From assembly GCF_009914755.1 (NCBI RefSeq), contig NC_060945.1: a DNA stretch of 64,000 nucleotides; one strand, given 5' to 3'. The DNA comes from the human T2T-CHM13v2.0 reference genome, Homo sapiens. The position numbers were made by a program, and so were the translations under genes. Positions 54,583 through 64,000 of this stretch are shown one piece after another (the first letter of the stretch is position 1; each line of letters opens with the position of its first letter). Under the pieces are notes generated by a model, which worked only from the letters and a program-made list of their open reading frames with translations, was not told the origin of the DNA and did not search any database.

Positions 54583-56899
54583 TGATGTGGTTTGGATATG
54601 TGTCCCTAACCAAATCTCATGTTGAATTTTAATCTCTAAAGTTGGAGGTGGGGGCCTGGTGAAAGCTGATTGGATCATGGGGATGGATTTCCCCTTTTGG
54701 TGCTTTTCTGGAGACAGATTTCTCACAAGATCTGGTTGTTTAAAAGTATGTGGCACCTCCACCTTCTCTCTCTTTCTCCTGCCCCCAGGCATGTGAAGTG
54801 CCAGCTCCCCACTTCACCCTCCACCACGATTGTAAATATTCTGAGACCTCCCCAGAAGCTGAGCAGATGCCAGCATCATGCTTCCTGTGCATTCTGTGGA
54901 ATCATGAGCCAATTAAACCCTGTTTCTTTATAAATGGCCCAGTCTAAGGTATTTCTTTTTAGCAATGCAAAATTGAACTAATAGAGAAAATTGGTACCGA
55001 GCAGTGGGGCATTGCTATAAAGATGCGTGAAAATGTGGAAGTAGCTTTGGAACTGGGTAACAGGAGGAGGTTGGAACAATGTGGAGCGCTCAGAAAAAAG
55101 ACAAGAAGATGAGGGAAAGTATGGAACTTCCTAAAGACTTGTTAATTGCTGTGACTGAAATGCTAATAGTGATATGGACAGTGAAAGCCAGGCTGAGGAG
55201 GTCTCAGGTGAAAATGTGAAACTTATTGGGAACTGGAGTAAAGGTCACTTTTGCTATGCATTAGCAAAGAGGTTGGAGGCATTTTACCCCTGCCCTTGGA
55301 ATTTGTGGAAGTTTGAACTTAAGAGTGATGATTTAAGGTCTCTGACAGAATAAATTTCTAAGCAGCAAGGAGTTCAAGATGTGTCCTGGCTGCTTCTAAC
55401 TGACTATGTTCCTATGAGTGAGCAAAGAAATGAATTGAAACTAGTACGTATTTTTAAAAGTGAAGCAGAGCCTAAAAGTTTGGAACATTTGCAACCGGGC
55501 CATATGTTAGAAAAGGAAACTCCACTTTCTGGGGAATAATTCAAACAGGCTTCAGAAATTTGCATAGCTAAAAAGAAGGCAAGTGCTGATAGCCAAGACA
55601 ACGGGGAAAAATCCTCAAAGGCATCTCAGAGACCTTTGTCGCAGATCTTCCCATCACAGGCCTAGAGGACTATGAAGGAAAAATGGTTTCCTGTGCCAGA
55701 GCCAGGCCCAGGGCTCTGCTGCCCTGTACAGCACTAGGACACCTTTCCCTGCATCCTAGCCACTCCAACTCGAAGACACCAACTGTCTCTAAAAGGAACC
55801 CAGATACAGCTTGGGCTGCTGCTTCAAAGGATGAAAGCTGTAAGCCTTGGTGGCTTTGACATAATTTTAAGCCTGTGTGGTGCATGCAGTGCAAGAGTTG
55901 AGGTTTGGAAACCTCTTGCTAGATTTCAAAGGATGTATGGAAAGCCTGAATGTCCAGGCAGAAGCCTGCTGCATGGGTGGAGTCCTCATGGAAAACTTTT
56001 ATTAGGGCAGCACAGAGAAGGAATGTGAGGTTGAAGCCCCCCCACACACAGTATACCCATTGGAACACTGCCTACTGGAGCTGCAAGAAGAGGGTCACCA
56101 TTGTCAAGACCCTCTGAATAGGAGATCCACCAATAGCTTGTACCATGTGCCTAGAAAAGCCACAGACACTCAATGCTAGCCCATGAGAGCAACCATGGGA
56201 CCTGAACCCTGCAAAGCCACAGGACAGAGCTGTCCAAGGCCTTGGGAACCCACCCCTTGCACCAATATATCCCGCATGTGAGACATGGAGTCAAAGAAGA
56301 TTATTTCGGAGCTTGAAGATTTAATGACTACCTGCAGTCAGTTTCACACTTGCACAGGCCCTGTAGCCCCTTTATTTGGCTGATTTCTCCCTTTTGGAAA
56401 GAGAGTATTTACCTAATTCCTAAACCTGCATTGTATCGTGGGAGTAACTAACTTTTTTTTTTATTTTACAGGCTCATAGGTGGAAGGACCTTGCTTTGTC
56501 TCAGATGAGACTTGGGACTCTGGACATCTGAGTTAATGCTGGATTAAGACTTTGGGGAACTGGTGGGAAGGCAAGGTTGTATTTTGAAATATGAGAAGGG
56601 CATGAGATTCAGGAGGGACCAGGGGAAGAATAATATGGTTTGGATTTGTGTCCCCACCCAAATCTCATGTTGAATTGTAATCTCTAATGTTGGAGGTGGG
56701 GCCTGGTAGGAGGGCACTGGATCATGGGGGTGAATTTCCCCCTTTGGTGCTATTATTATGATAAAGTTCTAACAAGATTTGGCTGTTTGAAAAAGTGTAT
56801 GGTACCTCCCTGGAACCATAAGCCAATTAAACTTCTTTTCTTTATAAATTACCCAGTCTCTGGTAGTTCTTCATAGCAATGCAAGAATGGACAAATACA
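54583..56899 (+). mobile_element. Complete MSTA-type MaLR element: 5' LTR 54583-54985, internal 54986-56630, 3' LTR 56631-56899
   Basis: Two direct LTRs, GAAAATTGGTACC after 5' LTR, purine tract GGAGGGACCAGGGGAAGAA before 3' LTR, perfect TSD TGCTT (54578-54582, 56900-56904). Confidence 0.93.
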
Positions 56900-57159
56900 T
56901 GCTTACTTAGTCTATCACTTTTAGTGAGAATTAGGCTAACCTATCTCACCACAATTTAGGATATATCAGTATGCCTTTAAATAGTTGTCCATTTATTTTC
57001 TTTATATATTTTGGGGCAATATTGTTTAATGAATAATGTACCAAGAGTCCAACCCTGTCCTTGCATAGTTCTCATTTTTTCTTTAATTGATGATCTACTA
57101 GCAGTTATAATGTTTTCATTTTTGGTAATGTTGGGAGGAATATTGACTTAAAAAATACA

Positions 57160-57960
57160 ATCTATTGTATATCTGTTATAAATGAAAATACAGCCTATCA
57201 ATATTTCTGGGATGCAGCTAAAGCTGTGCTTAAAGAAAAATCTATAGTCCTATAGGTTTCTGTTACACAAAATTAAAATCTAAAAACAGTAACCTCAGTA
57301 CCTAAGAATTAGAAAAAAGAAGAGTGAATTAAATACAAAATAAGCAGAGGAAGAATAGAAAAGAGTAGAAACCAATAAAATAGAGATAGGGTGGACAATT
57401 TAGAAAGTCAATGAAATTAATCTATGCCTATTTTAATACAGGAATAAAAGATTAATTAACTGATCAATACAAAAAGAGAAACTATGAATTACAGAATCAA
57501 TAATAAGAGAGAACCCATGGTTGTATGCTAAGTGTAATGATGTTAAAATGTTAATAAATACTTTAAAACTTTCTTGATACTTTTATGAATGTTTAAGAGC
57601 TTTATACTTCATACTTTAAATAATTAAAAATATGTATAAAATGGACAAGTTACTGGTACTTAAAAATTTGAAAATGTCTGTTGGTGGGTGTGGGGCTAGG
57701 GGAGGGAGAGCATTAGGAGAAATATCTAATTCTGCACATGTACCCCAGAACTTAAAGTATAATTTAAAGAAATTAGAAAATGTATAGGATCCTATATATA
57801 ATATACAGATTGAATAAAAAAATACACATTGTTTTCACAAACTACTCAAAATTCAAATGACTTCATTGGTAAACTTTACTAAATATTTAGGAAAAATAAT
57901 ACCAATGGCAGAAAAGATTTATCTATCAGAAAATAAGAGAAGGAAATACATCCTGATTTG
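57160..57960 (+). mobile_element. Ancient L1M ORF2 fragment
   Basis: TGGGATGCAGCTAAAGCTGTGCTTAAAG (WDAAKAVL motif) and downstream A-rich ORF2-like sequence. Confidence 0.75.
57678..57770 (+). mobile_element. Very short L1PA 3' end with internal deletion
   Basis: GGGGCTAGGGGAGGGAGAGCATTAGGAGAAATATCTAAT joined to TCTGCACATGTACCCCAGAACTTAAAGTATAAT; flanks AAATTTGAAAATGT / AAATTAGAAAATGT. Confidence 0.85.
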
Positions 57961-57964
57961 TTGT

Positions 57965-58790
57965 TTAATGTTTTTACTTTGCAATAGTTTTTCTCATAAA
58001 AACTTGCAACAATAGTACAAAGATTTTTCATGTATTCTTCATCTAGCTCCTCCAATGATCATGTCTTACAGGACAACAGTACATTGTCAAAAACAAAAAA
58101 TTGACATTGACATGTAATTAAACTCAGATAAACATGGTTGGATATTTGGATTTCACCAATTTTTACATGCATTCCTTTTTAAAAATTATTATTGTTGTTG
58201 TTATCATTATTATTTTAAATTGAGACAAAGTCTTGTTCTGTTTTCCAGGCTGCAGTGCAGTGGTGCAATCATGGCTCACTGCAGCCTCCAACTCCTGGGC
58301 TCAAGTGGTCCTCTACCTCAGCTTTCTGAGTAGCTGGGACTACAGGTATGCACCACCAAGGCCAGCTAATTTTTTTAAAAAATTTATTTTATAGAGATGT
58401 GGTCTCCCTATGTTGACTAGGCTGGTTATAAACTCCTGCCTCAAGCAATCCTCCCACCTCTGTCTCCGAAAGTGTTAGGATTACAGGCATGAGTTTCCAT
58501 GCCTGACTAAAAACTATGTTTGAGTAGTATTTTATAAATTTTTTACATGTAGAATTTCATCAGCACATTCATGATACAAAGTTGTTCCATAACTACAGAG
58601 AAATTTCCTCATGTTGCACCTTAATAGTCATATGCTTACCTCAAACCTAACCTTTGACAACTACTGAACTGTTCATGACTATCATTTTGTTAGAGAAAAT
58701 TAATAAATAGTATCACATATAATCTAGCCTTTGGCAATGGGCTTTTTTCTCAGCATAATGTCCGTAAGCTATTCGTGTTATTTACATTAA
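57965..58790 (-). mobile_element. L1MC-like 3'UTR interrupted by AluJ
   Basis: TTGCAACAATAGTACAAAG...AAATTGACATTG...CCTAACCTTTGACAACTACTGA antisense L1MC pattern. Confidence 0.65.
58190..58508 (-). mobile_element. AluJ
   Basis: ATCATGGCTCACTGCAGCCTC...CTCCTGGGCTCAAG, GTCTCCCTATGTTG J diagnostics. Confidence 0.92.
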
Positions 58791-58819
58791 TGTTGGTTTT
58801 AACAGTAAGTTATAATTCA

Positions 58820-59930
58820 AAAATTTAAGACAAGCATATCTTTATCCACATATTTATCTATTCCTTACTCTTTTATCTTTTCTGCTATTTCAGACTCATT
58901 TTGTTATCATTTTCTTTTAGTTTGTCAAATGTTTTTTGAGGCAGACAATGCTGTCAAAGTATTGTAGTTTTCTCTTTTTTCTAAGAATGTCTTTGTTTCA
59001 CCTCCATTACTCAAGAATACTTTTACTCGGTATAGAAATATAGTTTATTGGTAATTTTCTTTCAGCACTTGAAAGCAATTGTGCTGCTTCCTTCTGACAT
59101 CCATATCAAAATTCAATACCATTTGAATTGTTCTCCTATAGATAATGCATTGTGTCTCTCCAAATGCTTTCACCATTTTTTTCTGTCTTTAGTTTCCACA
59201 GTTTTGACTATGATATCCTTGGGCATAGATTTATTTGTCTTTACACAAATAAAACTATTGTCAGTAACCTTCCTGGATCTGTAAGCTTATGTTTTTCCCA
59301 AAGTTTGAGAGGTGTTCAACCATTATTTCTTTAAACAGTTTTCCAGGCCACATTTCCTTCTTTTCTTTTGCAGTTTCTGATGTTTTGTTACTATCTCAGA
59401 TGTCCTGTTGTTCTGTTCATCCTTTTCTTACTTTTTTATTTTTCTCTCTTGTTCATCCTGAATGATTTCTATTAATATAAATTCAAATTCACTCTTTTTT
59501 TCTCCTATTAATTTTATCCTGCTATTGAGCCACTTAGTAAGATTTATATTTTGGTTATTATATTTTTCAGTTCTAAAATTTGTATGATTTTGTCTTACAT
59601 CTTATATCTCTTTGCTGAGACATTCTATTTTTCCATTTATTCAAGAATGTTTTACAATATTTGTCCAACAATTCCAATATTTGTGACTTCTTCACATTGA
59701 TATTTGTTGATTATCTTTTGTCATTTAAGCTGAGATTTCCACGGTGTTTGATATGGTGAGTAATTTTGACGCTATCCTAGACATTTTATATATTATAAGA
59801 ATCTATTTATATCTTCTAATTTAGAAAATAGTCATTATACTTAGGATGAATGCATATCCTGGCCTACTTTTTTTGGTGATGGTTTAAGTAAGATTTTAAT
59901 TTGAACAGCCTTTGGAATGATACTCTGTTC
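58820..59930 (-). mobile_element. Ancient L1M ORF1 region
   Basis: GAATGTCTTTGTTTCACCT...GGTATAGAA...TTTTCTTTCAGCACTTGAA...CAGTTTTGACTATGAT antisense ORF1 pattern. Confidence 0.7.
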
Positions 59931-60892
59931 TGCCACAATTGTACATTAAGCACTTGACAAACTCCAGCTCAGTCTCTATAGAGCCTGCTGAGGAGGGAGT
60001 GGGACACAGCCTTGTTACTAAAGGATTCTGAAGGGAGTGTTTTACCTATAGACCCTGTTTGAAAGAGTTGCCTTCTCATTACTATAGTGTAGAATAGAAC
60101 ACCGGGCTTTGTGCATAGACTTGGCATCACTGGTTCACCATCTCATTACTGCAGTGTGTGGGGAGCAGTCAAGTTTCAGCCCATAGACTTGTCTGGGAAG
60201 CAGCACAGCCTCATCGTTGTAGTCCATTTGTTTTGCTACAAAATACCCCTGGAATGCAGAGAGCAGAGGATTGAAGCATAGCTGAGCCGCAAGCCCCAAA
60301 ATCCTATGGTTACTTGGACTTCTCTTTTGAAACCATTCTGCCTTTGAAACTCTGGCACTCTGGGGCTGCAATGGGCATAGCAGCCTCAATGGTCTCAGAA
60401 ATGCCGTCAGGGCCATTCTCTCATTATCTTGATGAGTAGCATCTGGCTTCCTTCTAATAAGACTAGTCTCCTTATGAAATGGTCACTTGGCTAAGCTCTG
60501 AATTTTCTTTCCTAAACATGCTTTTTTATTCTTTGTATGACTAGGCTGAGAATATTTACATTATGCTTCCCTTTTAATTATGAGTTCTATCTTTATATAG
60601 TTTCTCTCATCTAACATTCTACTATTGGTCAAGTTTAATCAATGGAAGTCACTCAGCACCATGAGCACTCTGCTTAGATATTTCTTTTGCCAGATATCCT
60701 AGTTCATTAACAGCAAGTTCTCCCTCAAAAAAGCATTAGAACATGAACACAATTCGACCAAGTTTATTGACATTGAACAAGGTTTAACTTTCCTTCAGTT
60801 TCTTATACCTTGTTCCTCACTTCCATCTAAGACTTAATCAGAATGGCCTTTAGTTTTCAAATTTCTACCAACATTGTGTTCATGATCACTTA

Positions 60893-61189
60893 TTTCATTT
60901 TATTTTTTGAGACAGAGTCTTACTCTGTTGCCCAGGCTGGAGTGCCGTGGCGCAATCTTGGCTCACTGCAAACTCCACCTCCTAGGTTCACGTCATTCTC
61001 TTGCCTCAGCCTCCTGAGTAGCTGGGACTGCAGGCGCCCACCATCTTGCCCGGCTAATTTTTTGTATTTTTAGTAGAGACGGGGTTTCACCGTGTTAGCC
61101 AGGATGGTCTGGATCTCCTGACCTCGTGATCTGCCCGCCTCGGCCTCCCAAAGTGCTGGGATTACAGATGTGAGCCACCGCGGCTGGCC
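60893..61189 (-). mobile_element. AluY
   Basis: CACCGTGTTAGCCAGGATGGTC...CTGACCTCGTGATC diagnostics; 12-bp TSD CATGATCACTTA (60881-60892, 61191-61202). Confidence 0.95.
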
Positions 61190-61224
61190 CCATGATCACT
61201 TAGATATCACTAAGACTAAGCCAC

Positions 61225-61917
61225 TTTTAAAAAATTAGGACAGACATCTTTATTGAAATGTGTCTTTCGGTATATGTTAGCATACTATATATACACATAC
61301 ATATATACTCTTTAACACAACTCATGTATTGCCACCATTCATTTAACCAATAAATTAAAACTAAAATGATGGGAGGGAAGGGAAGGGGAACTAATGACAA
61401 ACTTTTCATCTTATATCTGGTAAGAAATTGTGAATTTCTCAGAATTTCCCTGGAGAAAACCTGTGACCAGAGAATCTTTGAAATAAAATATATAAATCCC
61501 TGCCCCCTACCAAAAATATTTCCAAAAGATGGAGTTATTACAATAAGTGTGCTTCTCAGAACAGGAGCATTCATTCCACTCCCTACTCTTGCTTCTGCAC
61601 CTCTGGCTTCAAGACAGTCTGTCCCTCAGTAGGGCAGTGAGGTTTATATGGGCACGTAGGCTCAGTGCACCTTGGGCTCTGGGGGTTAAGGAGCAGGCTA
61701 CAGTATGGGAGCCGAGTGAGCAACACTCCTCTGAGGTTATGTCTGGTACATCATCTGACTAAGTATGAGAGTTTTCCAGGTCCCTGTGGATGCTCTCAGG
61801 CTGGGCCAGACTGATGTCCCAGAGTCTGCTGGCCAGGCAGTCTTTCTGTTCACATCTTTGGTGTCTGTTGAGGGATCCTCTTCACCACCTCCATCACCAC
61901 TACCTTCTTCTTTGTCC
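61225..61917 (-). pseudogene. Probable 5'-truncated processed pseudogene (last ~110 codons + 3'UTR); parent gene not identified
   Basis: Non-repeat insert within MST internal sequence; minus strand has GC-richer coding-like part 61917-61583, AT-rich UTR-like part, AATAAA at 61254-61249 and A remnant ~20 nt further. Confidence 0.6.
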
Positions 61918-64000
61918 AGTTTCTTCTGAGTCTTCACCAAAATCACTCTTAGATGTTCCATTCACAGCAATACATTACAGGCCAAACTCATATCAGGTCA
62001 GCATTCACATCAAAATACACCTTATTTCTTGATACCAGTTTCTATCTTAATTGATTTGTGCTGCTCTACCAAAATATAACAGACTGGGTAAGTTATCAAT
62101 AATAGAAATTATTTCTCCCATTTCTGGAAAGTTCAAGATCAATACCAGGCATCTGGTGTCTGATGAGGGCCTTCTTGATGCATCCTTACATGTCAGAAGG
62201 CAGAAGGGCTACAAGAAGGCCAAACTCTTCCTCAAGCCTTTTTGAGAATACTAAATCTCATTCATGAAGGGAGAGCCTTCATGACTTAACCTTATCTCCC
62301 AAAAGGCCCCAGGGCTCAATATTGCCACCAGGAGAATTAAGTTCAATATTAACTTCAGAAGGGATGACATCATTCACACCATAGCTCTCATTATTGTAGG
62401 GCAGAGTTGGAAGATAGGGCTATGACCACAGGCTCTGCCAGAGCAGGGGTATGGGGTAAAAACACCAAACCCAGAAACAACTTTCTCTGACAGGAAAAAA
62501 AAAATAGCAAAGCAATACTTACTGCTACATTTTTCAAGCATGCAAAAATAAAACATCTAGGGACAACTTACAAGTTTGCAGGAAATTATCATTTTTAAGA
62601 AAAGTTTCATTTTGTCTTCTTAAAAAGAGAAAATTAAAGCTCCTATGTCAATTCAAACAATACAAACTAACAGGCAGAAAAAGAACCCAGATGTGAGAAG
62701 GAATGCAAATCACCACACTAAGAAGCTGAGAAATTACTCAGCAGGATCCAAAAATAATTAGGATCTGAGTGAACATATTGGTAAAATATTAAAAGTACTT
62801 TGAAAACTTTTAAGTGACATTGAGTTTAGAAGGAAATTTCTTCTTGGATAGTATGATGAGACTTTTTTGAAAATAGATCACCAGTAGGGGCTGACAGCTG
62901 TTGCAACATTTATTTTTCTTTTCTTTTTTTAAAAAAATTAAACAGAGGTAAAAAGTGAGGTTTCTGTAAAGATGCGTCCTAATAATAGAAGTATTTCGTT
63001 GTTTTGGGGTACTGTCTACACTGGAATTCAAGGACAGAAAAACCAGAAATATATGACACAAACATGCTTCTTTATTCAAATTCTAGACTTATAAAAACCA
63101 AATAAACAAAAACAAAGTAAAGCAAACCAACAAACAAACAAAAAAACTTCAAAGTATGGGTTCTTCTGGGCAGAGTTCAAGAAATTTGCTGCTGCTTCCA
63201 ATTTAACAGAAAGCTTTTTTTAAAAAAGGACTCTTTTATTTGGTGGAGCATTAAAATGAACAATAATTCCTATCTAGGTATATGAACAACTACAAAGATT
63301 TCAGCTATACTAAAATCTTCCAATTTTAGTGGAAGAATGATCTTTCAATTTTGTTAGTGGATTAAAAATCATAGTGATATTATAACTTGAACTAATATTT
63401 TTAAAACATGTGTTAACATGTATTTCCTTATTAATGAAGATTTAAAACTATAAGTTTTTTTTTTCCAATTTTTAGGAGAGGCAAAAATTCAAAAAAATAT
63501 CCAGTAAGAAACCAGAGGAAAAAAATCAACTGGATAGAGCAGAACTATGTGTCCTAAGCTGGGGGAAATAAAAATAACGTGAAGTATTGGCTGGTAAAAA
63601 TAGTCTACAGATAGTTATTGAAGAACCTAAGAAAACCCATTATTGACCCCAACAGACAAAAGACAATGAAACTGCAATGGCGTTAATTGGTACTTAAAAG
63701 CTTTGGTGCTCTTCTGAACATTGAAGTTAAAAAATTTAAATACACTATAACCCCTGCATGCTTAACTTTCCTTCCTCCCAATTCCACTCTGCTTCCTCCA
63801 CACTTCCAAATCTCCAAATTGTGCAGTCACCTAAAATATTTACCAGGTCAATTTTTCTTTATCTCTTCTCAGGATACCTTTGCTGATATTGCCAGGAAAG
63901 CTAGATAGAGTGACCTCAACACTGCCTTTCTAAATAATGTTGCTTCTTTTGTCCTCCTGAAGCCTCTACAAACATGTTGCCAGAGGTACTTCACGCTAAG

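Larger units (their letters stand above)
60216..62386 (-). mobile_element. MST (MSTC/D-like) MaLR element: 5' LTR 62043-62386, internal sequence ~60250-62042 interrupted by AluY and a retrocopy; other LTR reduced to a stub
   Basis: LTR motifs AACAGACTGGGTAA...AAGTTCAAGATCAA...GATGAGGGCCT...ATTCATGAAGG...ACCATAGC; TACCAGTTTC junction; internal GAAACCATTCT, CAGAAATGCC, GAATGGCCTTTA motifs. Confidence 0.75.

Overview
AT-rich primate (very likely human) genomic DNA with no recognisable host protein-coding exon, RNA gene or CRISPR array. It is mostly a graveyard of transposable elements: about 15 Alus spanning all ages (FAM, AluJ, AluS, AluY), many L1 and L2 fragments, DNA transposons (Tigger1, MER2, MER3, MER6, MER58A, MER113), MaLR/ERVL LTRs (THE1D, MST, MLT1, MLT2A, LTR16, LTR33, LTR47) and one decayed ERV1-class provirus. 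Nearly all ORFs in the supplied track are chance ORFs inside repeats; only the ERV gag/pol/env remnants and one probable retrocopy encode recognisable, and broken, protein. The most unusual structures are: (1) the ERV at ~27.9-31.6 kb, which lacks its 5' LTR and has its tRNA-Pro primer site and first ~520 bp of leader flipped onto the opposite strand between 31-bp inverted repeats, plus a gag-to-integrase deletion; (2) a 5'-truncated processed pseudogene of an unidentified gene at ~61.2-61.9 kb, nested in an MST element; (3) several multi-layer nested insertions. I do not see evidence for a new biological system. Subfamily names come from recalled consensus sequences and need RepeatMasker/Dfam confirmation; boundaries of old elements are approximate.
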